Below, piece by piece: positions 54,924-64,000 of a stretch of 64,000 nucleotides of DNA. How positions within the stretch are numbered: position 1 is the first letter of the stretch; each line of letters begins with the position of its first letter. Source of the stretch: an uncultured Pseudomonadota bacterium. GTDB taxonomy: Bacteria; Pseudomonadota; Alphaproteobacteria; Rhizobiales; Hyphomicrobiaceae. Under the pieces are notes generated by a model. It searched no databases and was not told where the DNA came from. It saw nothing but the letters and a program-made list of their open reading frames with translations. The position numbers and the translations under genes are program-made. Where the stretch lies: the NCBI GenBank assembly GCA_963786775.1, contig CAWBAM010000010.1:18806-82805 (forward strand). Reading direction: 5' to 3'.

Positions 54924-56720
54924 ATGGCGGAGGCGAAGGCGAGCTATTCCTCGATGTGGGGCCGGGCGATCGACTACCTGCTCGGCCGCAACACGCTGAT
55001 CGGCGTGGCGTCATTCATGCTGCTGATCATCTCCGGGTATGCCACTTGGCACGGCATGCGCGACTTCATTATTGGCGCCTCATCGAGCAGCGCCACGCAG
55101 GAGCTGCCCGGCGGACAGTCCATTTCGAGCGATGTCCTCGTTATCGCGGTCGTGGTGGCGCTGACGTTTCTGATGTGGCTCATGCTGCGGGAGACGTTTG
55201 GTGCCGGCCGGAGCCTCCGCGAGCGCTTCATTACGTTTCCGCTCTACGTCTTCCTTGCCATCTGGTCGATCGGCTTCGGATACGGCTTCTGGTGGAGCCT
55301 GATTTCGGGCGAGGAGGCCACCCGCACGGGTCTCGCTGGCCTGCAGGAGGATGCGCGAGACGCCAGCGCGGCTATTGCCGCGCGGCTTGATGCGGTGCGC
55401 GCACAGCTCGACAGCGTCATGAGCTGGTCGGAAAGCCAAATGGCCCGCGAGGAGACAAGCGGCGGCAGTTGCGGCACTGCCTCAGGCGCCGGCCGGGGAC
55501 CACTCTACAATGCCCGCGTCAGCGTTCGTGACGCCATCGTCACGATGCGCGACAGCATGGTCCGCTCATGGCTCGAGCCCGTTCAGGCTGAGGTCGAGCA
55601 CCTGCGCCAGACCGCAGCAGCCATCGGCGGCAGCACCATCGAGGAACGCCAGCGAGCCTTCGAGCAAAGGGCATCTGAGATACGGGGCCGCGCGCGCAGC
55701 ATTGCGGCCCGAAGCAATCAACTTGGCCGGTCGACGGCAGCGGAGATGCGCGCTCTGGCAAACGCCGTCGACATTCCGCCGGGTCAGCCAGGTTTCAGCT
55801 GTTATGATCCGACGTTGGCAGAACGCTTGCGCCAGGCCGCGGCCCAAGCTGAGCAGCCTGCCGAGATCAAGCTCCGCGAGGCGGTTTTCAGTGAGGGTCC
55901 TGCGGGCGTCGCCAATGCCGTCAAAAACCTGTGGACCAACATCGGCACGTACGCACGCAGTCTGGCCATCTACATCACCTCAGGCGGAAACGAGACGTTC
56001 GCTCATACCGAGAGCGGTGAGCCGATCACCGGCCGGGATCTCATTGCGCTGCTCGCAACAATTGGCGTCGACATGGGCCTGCTGGCACTCGCGATCCTAA
56101 ACCCGCCGCGGCAGCCGCCGTCGATCCGTCCCTCCGGGGCGCTCATTCGCCAGATCAACGATGCAATCGACATGGCGGTGGCACGTGCACCGAACGCAGA
56201 TCGCGAATGGATCCGCCGCCATTTCCTCCATCACAACAAGGCATCGTATCTGGTCATCCCGAACCTCTACAGCTGCGATCCGAATGACCCGGACGAAGCC
56301 TCGAAGGCTCTGGCCATGAACCAGCTCGCTGGCGTGCTGAGTGATCTCGGGCTCGTCCGTTGGCCAAAACGGGGCCGATGGTGGCTCTTCGAAAAAGACG
56401 AGTTGAAGAGGCTAAAGACGGAGGAAAGTCTGGGCAGCGACACGGACCTTACGGAGGTCCGCAAGGCGTGGCTCGACAAAGTCGGCAAACCGGACCAGAC
56501 GAGCGCGCTGAATGACGACGACCTGATCCGCCGGGCGACCCCTCTGCGCAATCACGGCCTCTTCTCGAAAGCGGAGCGTGCATTGCAGATCGCCGGTTGG
56601 ACCGAGCGCGCCCGTAGCGACATCGAGATCTTCCGTTTGGTCGATACGGAAGGCCTGACGCCGCTGCTCATGGTGCTCAACGCAGGTGCTCCGGCGACGA
56701 ATGAAGAAAAGATCGGGTAA
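54924..56720 (+). CDS. Hypothetical membrane protein, DUF4407-like
   Basis: 3 N-terminal TM helices, coiled-coil region with EETSGGSCGTASGAGRGPLY, a further TM at ~aa 375. Confidence 0.7.
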   Translation: MAEAKASYSSMWGRAIDYLLGRNTLIGVASFMLLIISGYATWHGMRDFIIGASSSSATQELPGGQSISSDVLVIAVVVALTFLMWLMLRETFGAGRSLRERFITFPLYVFLAIWSIGFGYGFWWSLISGEEATRTGLAGLQEDARDASAAIAARLDAVRAQLDSVMSWSESQMAREETSGGSCGTASGAGRGPLYNARVSVRDAIVTMRDSMVRSWLEPVQAEVEHLRQTAAAIGGSTIEERQRAFEQRASEIRGRARSIAARSNQLGRSTAAEMRALANAVDIPPGQPGFSCYDPTLAERLRQAAAQAEQPAEIKLREAVFSEGPAGVANAVKNLWTNIGTYARSLAIYITSGGNETFAHTESGEPITGRDLIALLATIGVDMGLLALAILNPPRQPPSIRPSGALIRQINDAIDMAVARAPNADREWIRRHFLHHNKASYLVIPNLYSCDPNDPDEASKALAMNQLAGVLSDLGLVRWPKRGRWWLFEKDELKRLKTEESLGSDTDLTEVRKAWLDKVGKPDQTSALNDDDLIRRATPLRNHGLFSKAERALQIAGWTERARSDIEIFRLVDTEGLTPLLMVLNAGAPATNEEKIG

Positions 56721-56958
56721 TCTTTAAGGCAACTTACGCAGGTACCCCCGGTCGCAGGCGCGGGCACACGCGAACCTGTGAGCACCATACTTGGTGAATT
56801 TTGCGCCACATCCACCGCATTCCATTAGGAATGGGGGGGCCTTGGTCCCGGCCTTTATCCAGGCTGTTTGGGAAAAATGCCGCGCGTTATTATCGAGCCG
56901 GCGTGGTTGTGCTCTGGAGACGTAAGCTGGATCTGAGGTCGACTACATGGGGCCATCA

Positions 56959-57990
56959 TCAGGCGATCTGCTTCGGAGCGGCGTTCAGAGGCCGAAACAT
57001 GCGCCGGTAGGCGCCAGGGGTAAGCCCGGTCGTGCGCTTGAACACCCGCCGAAAAAACGCCGGGTTTTCATAGCCGACCAGCGCAGCAATTTCGTCCGCC
57101 GTACTGTTCCCGGTCTCCAGCAAACGTTTGGCTTCCTCAATGCGGAGGTTCTGAACGTAGCCGATCAGCGTCGATCCCGTGGCGATCTTAAAACGGCGTT
57201 TGAGGCTGCGTTCAGGTATTCCACACTGTCTCACCACAGCCGAAACGGCGTGAGGCTCCCGGTAATGCGCGGCAAGCCAGCCTTCAGCCTTGCGCACGAC
57301 GGAATCCGCGTGCGGCTGCCGGCGTATGAGACTGGCGTACGGAAGTTGCCCTTCCCCGTGCCACTTGAGCAGGTAGACCTTGGCAATGCGCAATGCCTCA
57401 CCGGGACTGCAATGGCGCGAAATGATGTGAATGGCGAGATCATGCCAGGACGTCGTGCCGCCGGCCGTCACGATGCGACCCGTTGGGTCTGCGATGACGA
57501 GATTGGGTGCGGGATTGAAACGGACCTTGGGAAAGCTCTTCCGGAACAGGTCCTGATAGCCCCAGTGAGAGGTCGCCTCGCGGCCATCAAGCAGCCCGGC
57601 GGCTGCGAGCAACACCGAGCCGGAGCATGCCGAGTAAATCGAGCTGCCGCTCTCGTAACAGCGGCGCAGCCACTCCTTTACGTCCGAATGGCGATCCCGA
57701 ATGTCGTCGGTCGGGGCGAGCCATAGCTCCGGTACGATCACCACATCCGGCGCACGTGCCTGCTCGATCGTGACATCGGGACTGACGGGTATGCCATTGC
57801 CGCAGCGAAACGGCCGCTTTTCGGGCGATACGATACGTGGTCGGATCAGCGGAAGTCCCGGCTCCTCGCCCACAAGCTCCCGCCATATCGTGCCGGTGGC
57901 CGCGAGAACGTCGACCATGCCATAAAGTGCCGAGCCGGCCGTCTCCGGCAACGCCAGGATCATGGCATCGACGGCACTGGGGTTTGCCAT
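56959..57990 (-). CDS. GlxA-family AraC regulator (DJ-1/PfpI + AraC)
   Basis: SACSGSVLLAAAGLLDGREATSHW; C-terminal AraC HTH. Confidence 0.92.
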   Translation of the reverse strand: MANPSAVDAMILALPETAGSALYGMVDVLAATGTIWRELVGEEPGLPLIRPRIVSPEKRPFRCGNGIPVSPDVTIEQARAPDVVIVPELWLAPTDDIRDRHSDVKEWLRRCYESGSSIYSACSGSVLLAAAGLLDGREATSHWGYQDLFRKSFPKVRFNPAPNLVIADPTGRIVTAGGTTSWHDLAIHIISRHCSPGEALRIAKVYLLKWHGEGQLPYASLIRRQPHADSVVRKAEGWLAAHYREPHAVSAVVRQCGIPERSLKRRFKIATGSTLIGYVQNLRIEEAKRLLETGNSTADEIAALVGYENPAFFRRVFKRTTGLTPGAYRRMFRPLNAAPKQIA

Positions 57991-58128
57991 TCGCGAGGCC
58001 TCTGTTTGTGGCACGAATGGATCGATCTTAGCAGAAATCGCTCTGCTGAAAATCTCCGCTCAGATCTAGTTTCCGGGTCGTCGGCGGCTCCCCTTAGGGA
58101 CGCCGGCACCAACCAATGGAGATCGATC

Positions 58129-58713
58129 ATGAGCACTCAAACTTCTGTCATGGAAAGCCCGGCCATCATCAACGGCCTGGACGTGAACGCCGCCCTCGCA
58201 ACCATCGCCGCCATCAAGGCCGACAAAAGCCTCGCCAAGTTCCAATTCCGTGCCCGAAACACCTGGATCAATGGCGGCGAGAACCGCTCAGTGATTCGCG
58301 ACTTCTACGGCGCTGGCCAGGAAGATACCTCGCGAAGCGTCCCCTTCGAGTTCACCAATGGCGAGCCGCCGGTCCTGCTCGGAAACAATGAGGGCGCAAA
58401 TCCGGTCGAGTTCCTGCTGCACGCCCTCGCCGGCTGCGTCACGACCACTTTTGTGCTGCATGCCATGGCGCGCGGGATTGTCATCAAGGAACTGTCAACG
58501 GAGCTCTCTGGCGACCTCGACCTGCAGGGTTTGCTCGGGCTCGACGAAACCGTTTCGCCCGGTTACGAGCAGATCCGCATTCGCATGCACGTCAAGGCGG
58601 ACTGTCCGAGCGAGGACCTCGATGACCTGCTTGCATACGCACAGCAGCATTCGCCGGTGTGCAACACAATATGCCGACCTGTTCCGGTCGTAATTGAGCG
58701 GGTCAACTCCTGA
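58129..58713 (+). CDS. OsmC-family protein
   Basis: EPPVLLG..GANPVEFLLHALAGC...SPVCNT. Confidence 0.9.
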   Translation: MSTQTSVMESPAIINGLDVNAALATIAAIKADKSLAKFQFRARNTWINGGENRSVIRDFYGAGQEDTSRSVPFEFTNGEPPVLLGNNEGANPVEFLLHALAGCVTTTFVLHAMARGIVIKELSTELSGDLDLQGLLGLDETVSPGYEQIRIRMHVKADCPSEDLDDLLAYAQQHSPVCNTICRPVPVVIERVNS

Positions 58714-58756
58714 CCGACGGGACGGTATAAAGCGAACGAACCGGTGTCCGGGCAGC

Positions 58757-59368
58757 TTAATGTTGCTCGGGCACCGTAGCGAAAAACCCAGTCGCCCGCT
58801 CCGAATTTTCAGAACGGCGCGGCCAAGGTGAACGCAGCTGAAGTCCTTCTAGGCCCAGCTCCTCCATGATTGTGACTAGCCGGCCACCATCAGCGAATGG
58901 TGCCACATAGCTCAAACTCGAGAGTAGCTGCGCTCCGTCTATCATGTCGATCAACGCCTTAACGGCAAGCGGGTAACCGCGTGCTCCGAACCCAGCCATC
59001 ACGGCGGTCGCTACCGTGGAAACGAGCGATCGCTGATAGATTTCCTCGCGCCGGTGGATGTTCGAAATATGGAGCTCGATGATCGGTCCTGGAAACATCT
59101 TCAGCGCGTCGAGCAGCGGAATTGACCTGAACGTCAGGCCGGCAGGATTGATGATGATGCCGGAGCCGATATCGATCGCCTCATGGATCCAGTCGATAAG
59201 CTGGTGCTCGGCATTGGACTGATGGAAACGCAACGGCCTGTCACCCGCCGCTTCTCGGCACATTGCCTCGATCTCGGCGAGGGTCGTGGTCCCGTAGATT
59301 TCCGGCTCACGCTTGCCCAGGCGATTGAGGTTTGGCCCGTTGAGGACAAAAATCGGCTTTGCGGTCAT
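58757..59368 (-). CDS. aroQ: Type II 3-dehydroquinate dehydratase (C-terminal ~55 aa likely read-through)
   Basis: LNGPNLNRLGKREPEIYG, QSN.E, IINPAG, ELHISNIHRRE. Confidence 0.9.
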   Translation of the reverse strand: MTAKPIFVLNGPNLNRLGKREPEIYGTTTLAEIEAMCREAAGDRPLRFHQSNAEHQLIDWIHEAIDIGSGIIINPAGLTFRSIPLLDALKMFPGPIIELHISNIHRREEIYQRSLVSTVATAVMAGFGARGYPLAVKALIDMIDGAQLLSSLSYVAPFADGGRLVTIMEELGLEGLQLRSPWPRRSENSERATGFFATVPEQH

Positions 59369-59386
59369 CTTCGATCCTTTCCTCGG

Positions 59387-60688
59387 TCATCCGGAATATC
59401 CGAGTAGCCTCGGCAGCCACAGCACGAGATCAGGAAAAAAGGTGATAAGGGCCAGCGCACCCAACATCGCCCACAGGAACGGCAGGACGTCGAGCACAAT
59501 CTCACGCAACGGCACCTCGGCGATCCGTGTCATGACGAACAGAAGCAGGCCATAAGGTGGGGTGATAAGGCCCAGCATGATGTTCACGACGACAACGACG
59601 CCAAAATGGACCATATCAATTCCGAGCGCCTGCGCTGTCGGAATGAAAACTGGCACGACAACCAGAAGGATGGTCGTTCCTTCCAAAAGGCACCCGAGCA
59701 CCAGCAGCACGAGGTTGACGATGATCAGAAAGCCGGTCGGGGAGAGATCCTGGGCGGTCAAAAATTTGCTTAGGGCCTGGGGAATGTTCTCGACCGTAAC
59801 GACGTAGTTGAAGACCAAAGCGCCAGCTATCAGCATGCCGATAGAGGCCGTCGTACGGGCGCTCGCCAAGACCGACCGATAGAACTCGGAAAAGCTCACG
59901 CTGCGATAAAGCAGGGCGGAAACGAGGAGCGCGTACGCGGCCGCGACCGCTGCCGCTTCCGTTGGAGTCGCTACTCCGGAGTAAATGCCGCCGAGCAAAA
60001 CGACCGGCATCATCAGCGTCGGAAGGGCGCGCCAAGTGATGCCCGGCAACGCACGAATTGGCGTGGGAGGCTCGACCGGAAAGCCCTTTCTGCGGGCGTC
60101 GAAGAAGACGATGATCATCTGCGCCAGGGCCATCAGAAGCCCCGGCACGACACCGCCAAGGAACAGGTAGCCGATCGATGCATTGGACACGAGCCCGAAA
60201 AAAATCATCGGGATGGAAGGTGGGATGATCGGCCCAATCACCGCCGTTGCTGCTGTGAGCGCTGCGGCATAGCTCGGCGGATACTTCCCATCTTTGGTCA
60301 TGAGGTACTGCATCATCCTGCCTGTTCCCGCCGCATCCGCGATGGCGGACCCGGACATGCCGGCAAAGATGATGGACTGTAAGATATTGACGTGGGCCAA
60401 TCCTCCGCGAAACCGGCCAACGACTGCGTTACAAAAAACCATGAGCCGGTCGGTCATCGAGCCGATGTTCATCAACTCCGCAGCGAGGATGAACAGCGGC
60501 ACGGCAAGAATAATGTAATTGAAATACATGCCGTTGAGCAGTTGCTCCGCGGCAGTTCCCATATCCAGGCCGGCGAGCATCAAATAGAGGATCGAGCCAG
60601 CGATCATCGCGTGGCCAATCGGAAGCCCCAGGAGGGCAAGGGCAGTTATCGCCACGAGCGACAGCGAGAACGGGCTGGCGAAGCTCAT
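59387..60688 (-). CDS. TRAP large permease DctM
   Basis: AVPLFILA, SGSAIADAA, IIPPSIP, TPTEAA, TPPYG. Confidence 0.93.
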   Translation of the reverse strand: MSFASPFSLSLVAITALALLGLPIGHAMIAGSILYLMLAGLDMGTAAEQLLNGMYFNYIILAVPLFILAAELMNIGSMTDRLMVFCNAVVGRFRGGLAHVNILQSIIFAGMSGSAIADAAGTGRMMQYLMTKDGKYPPSYAAALTAATAVIGPIIPPSIPMIFFGLVSNASIGYLFLGGVVPGLLMALAQMIIVFFDARRKGFPVEPPTPIRALPGITWRALPTLMMPVVLLGGIYSGVATPTEAAAVAAAYALLVSALLYRSVSFSEFYRSVLASARTTASIGMLIAGALVFNYVVTVENIPQALSKFLTAQDLSPTGFLIIVNLVLLVLGCLLEGTTILLVVVPVFIPTAQALGIDMVHFGVVVVVNIMLGLITPPYGLLLFVMTRIAEVPLREIVLDVLPFLWAMLGALALITFFPDLVLWLPRLLGYSG

Positions 60689-61209
60689 AAGTCTGAGACC
60701 ACGTTTGTCGGATTGGACCGGCCGGGGTCTCGGCCCGTGAGCACCCTCCAGGATAGCCAGCTATAGCGGACGAGGATGGCCAGCACGAAAACGATGTAGA
60801 TTGAGAAGACCCAATCAAAGCGAAGCTGGAGATAGGAACTCTTCTCCACCTTCATGAAGGTCACGTAGTCGATTACCGCCGGAAAGGAGACGACGTACAG
60901 AAAGATCAGTGCTGCTGCAGAGATCAGGAACATCGCGCGGCGAATCCCCGGTCTCACCGAACCATAGAGCAGATCGAAGCGAATTTCCTCCTCCTCGCGC
61001 AAAACAAAAGCAGCACCAAAAAGGACGATCCAAATCCAGAGGATGGAACTAAGCTCGTTGGTCCATCCAACCGGAAAGTTGAGAGCGTAACGGAATAGAA
61101 CCTGCAGCAGGAATGCGAGGAACATTGCAGCGAGCATGAGCGCCAAAAGGTTTTCTGCTCGCCGATAGAGCCAGAGGCCAATCCGCAAGATCGGTCGCAT
61201 GCGGCCCAT
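60685..61209 (-). CDS. TRAP small permease DctQ
   Basis: QVLFRY..WTNEL, EIRFD. Confidence 0.88.
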   Translation of the reverse strand: MGRMRPILRIGLWLYRRAENLLALMLAAMFLAFLLQVLFRYALNFPVGWTNELSSILWIWIVLFGAAFVLREEEEIRFDLLYGSVRPGIRRAMFLISAAALIFLYVVSFPAVIDYVTFMKVEKSSYLQLRFDWVFSIYIVFVLAILVRYSWLSWRVLTGRDPGRSNPTNVVSDL

Positions 61210-61268
61210 CCAGTTGAAAGGGTGGAGATTTGCCCGCCGCCGGGACGTGCCTGCGGCAGGCGAAGCAA

Positions 61269-62256
61269 TCAGAGCGCGTTGATTTTGTCCACCATGCCGT
61301 CCGGCCAGTGCTTCGCCAAGTCAGACGCAAGGTACTTCGCTTGTACGTGCTTGCGGAAGGCCGCTTGGTCAGGCTCATAGACCTTCAGCCCTTTGTCTTT
61401 GAAAAATTGAACCAGCTCGCCCTCGCGCGCGAGATGTTTCTCGGTGGAGAAGTCAATAGCCGCGTCCGCCGCTGCCTGGAATCTGGCCTGCTTGTCGGAA
61501 TCCATTTGATCCCAGACGCGCTTCGAGACCGTCAGCAGATCGAAGCCGACGAGGTGCGAGGTCAGCACGATTTGCGACATGACCTCGTAGAATTTCATGT
61601 TCTCGACGTTTGGCAGCGGATTATCCTGCCCGTCGATCGCGCCAGTCTGCAGGCCGGTATAGACCTCGGCATAAGCCATCGGAGTTGGATTGGCGCCAAG
61701 GGCTTCACCGAGGAACTGCCAAGCTTCCCCAGGCGGCATACGGAGCTTGATACCCGCCAAATCAGCGGGCGTCCGGATTTCCTTATCAGGTTTAAGGCCG
61801 AGCTGGCGAACTCCGAAGTAGGTCGGGCCCAGAATTTTGATTCCAAGTTGATCCTCGGCCATTTTCTTCAACTCGATTTCCGGGCTCGCTGTTGAAGAAC
61901 TTCTTCACGTGAGCTGCATCTCGGAACAAATAGCCGGCTGTTACAATCGACCAGGCCGGGATCTGCTTGGAAATGTCCTGCGGGGCGATATTCCCCATCT
62001 CGAGATTGCCGCGCTGCAACGCGACGAGCTCCGTCCCCTGCTTGAAAAGGTTGCCGCCATAATAGCCCTCAAACGTGAAATCGTCCGCAATCGCGTCAGC
62101 GAACTTCTTCATCATTTCAGCGCGGATGTCCTGCTCCGAGAACACCGCAGAGAAGCGAAGTTTCGGCTTTTCCTGGGCGAATGCCGGAAACGCCGCGGCG
62201 GTACCGAGCGCGGCAGTTCCGATCAGGAGCTGGCGGCGTGTCGCCTTCAAGGTCAT
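61269..62256 (-). CDS. TRAP DctP with Tat-like signal (frameshift ~61878)
   Basis: TRRQLL signal, DLAGIKLRMP, IDGQDNP. Confidence 0.9.
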
Positions 62257-62294
62257 GACTTTCCTCCCTGTCTCCAGTCAAATTGGATTGCGCA

Positions 62295-63208
62295 TCATTC
62301 TGTCGACGCGCGATCGAAGTCCGCGAAGGCTGCTCTCATCACATCAATATTAGGCTCAACTCCAGTGAAAAGCTCAAATGCTCGCACGGCCTGAAACACC
62401 GCCATGCCTTCGCCTGAGAAGGTTTGGCACCCGAGGCGTCTCGCATGGCGCAGCAACTCAGTTTCGAGCGGAAAGTAGATGATGTCGACCACCCAGTGGC
62501 GGGGGGCGATATATTCGGGTTTCAGGGGCATACCCGGCAACTTGGCCATGCCCACCGGCGTCGCGTTGACAATGCCGTCGCTGGCACCGGCCGCGGCTAC
62601 AATGTCCTCAACGGCCTCTACCCGATCCACTCCGAAGCGGTCCTTCAGGCGCGCTGCCAACCGCGTGGCCCGCAGCGATTCAATGTCGAAGATCAGCACG
62701 CAACCAGTTTCGCATTCGAGTAACGCATGCGCAACGGCTGCCCCGGCACCGCCGGCCCCGAGCAGCAGGACCCGGCGGCGGGGCGCCTCGCCCATACTAC
62801 GACGGAAGCTCTCGCAAAACCCCACACGTCCGTGTTGTGGCCGATGCGGTGCCCGTTCCTGAAAAGAACGGTATTGACCGAGCCGACCTCGCTCGCAGCG
62901 GGCGACAGCTCGTCGAGCAGCGGTAAAATTTCCTGCTTGTAAGGGTATGTGATGTTCAGGCCAGCGAAGCCGAAACATTCGGCGAAACGCAGGAGATCTG
63001 CGAGAGTGGGCCGCGGCTCGCGCATCAGATCAGTGTCCAGCAGGCGATAAACGTAGGGTATGCCGTGGGCGCGCGCCGCCGCCTCGTGCATCGCCGGCGT
63101 GCGCGAGAGTTGGATGCCAGAACCGAGCAAGCCGACGAGCACCGCGCGGCCTCGCTCACGCGCGGTCTGGCGCGCCGAAAGAGCACCGCTTGGCCCTGCA
63201 GATTGCAA
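62295..63208 (-). CDS. Shikimate/quinate dehydrogenase (frameshift ~62808)
   Basis: SRTPAMH, NITYPYK, GHNTDVWGF, GAGGAG, NATPVGM, DIIYFPLET. Confidence 0.9.
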
Positions 63209-63241
63209 ATTCTCCCCTCCGACAAAGCTCAGTGCTACTAC

Positions 63242-63288
63242 TGAACTATCTGGTTAATTCACGCAAGCGCTTTGAACGAACCAGTTCA
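63242..63288. promoter_or_regulatory. Two TetR-type operator palindromes
   Basis: TGAAC-N6-GTTAA (63242-63257) and TGAAC-N6-GTTCA (63273-63288) between divergent genes. Confidence 0.7.
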
Positions 63289-63326
63289 TTCGTGTAGAAG
63301 GCGTTCCGGACATGGAGATTGCGTGC

Positions 63327-64000
63327 ATGGGCGAGGTAAGCCTGGACCTGCAGAAGAGCATGAACCGCGGTGGCTGGAAGCAGGATCCAGCAGGCGTGCA
63401 GTCGAACATCCTTGCTGTCGCGACGTCGGAGTTCGCCGCGAATGGTCTGTCGGGTGCGCGCATCGATGAGATCGCGGCCAAGACGCGCACCTCCAAGCGC
63501 ATGATCTATTACTATTTCGGCGACAAGGAAGGGCTCTATCGCCGCGTCCTGGAGGAGGCCTACCGGAAGGTACGAGAGGGCGAGCGCAAATTAAACCTGG
63601 AGCATCTGCCTCCGGTGGAGGCGCTGACCCGTCTCGTCGAATTCACCTTCGATCACCACAGTGCAATCCCGACTTCATCCGGTTGGTGATGATCGAGAAC
63701 ATTCACCACGGCGCCCATCTTGATCAGTCCGAGCTGATCAGCCGTCTGAATGCGGGTGCGATCGAGAAGCTGGAGGCGATCTGCAGGCGCGGCAAGAAGG
63801 AAGGCCTTTTTCGCGACGACGTCGATCCGCTTGAGCTGCACTGGCTGATCAGCGCCCTTAGCTTTTTCAACGTGTCGAACAGGGCAACTTTCTCTCGCTT
63901 ATTCGGAGATCGCCTATTTCGCGCGAAGGGTCAAAAGGCCCTACGGCAGCACGTGGTGAGAATGGTCCTGCATTCAGTACTTAAGCCAGATCGGATGGCG
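63327..64000 (+). CDS. TetR-family regulator (frameshift ~63662; runs to window end)
   Basis: EFAANGLSGARIDEIA..SKRMIYYYFGDKEGLY. Confidence 0.9.

Noticed and set aside
58757-58920. Extra C-terminal domain on AroQ
   Set aside because: No recognisable features; probably a lost stop or indel read-through

Overview
GC-rich alphaproteobacterial (Hyphomicrobiales-like) chromosomal window. Many single-base frameshifts hit conserved genes, which looks like uncorrected long-read indels. Contents in order: sitABCD Mn/Fe transporter with a Mur/Fur box; an N-terminally truncated Mfd; a dynamin-like protein with degenerate G-motifs; hutF/hutIHU; pobA; a RiPP-like cassette (about 15.8-19.8 kb); agmatinase, TRAP permeases and a pcaB-like lyase; a glucosylglycerol synthesis plus sugar ABC operon; an uncharacterised catabolic cluster (TTT and TRAP transporters, ThDP enzyme, E1 alpha/beta without E2/E3, IclR); USP, rhodanese/BigR, cupin, mmsB, enoyl-CoA hydratase and bdhA; rgt-like LPS modification genes; tRNA-fMet; a DUF4407-like membrane protein; GlxA/OsmC; and a quinate/shikimate utilisation cluster. 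The best candidate for an undescribed system is the RiPP cassette. It has two duplicated precursor genes with lasso-type leaders (YxxPxL...T-x), one of which is missing from the ORF track. It also encodes a stand-alone PqqD/RRE (also missing from the track), a lasso B2-type leader peptidase, an HPr-kinase-like peptide kinase and an NTP_transf_5-type nucleotidyltransferase. There is no lasso cyclase in the window, and the cores lack a ring-forming Asp/Glu at positions 7-9. This suggests a linear phospho/nucleotidylated peptide rather than a lasso peptide.
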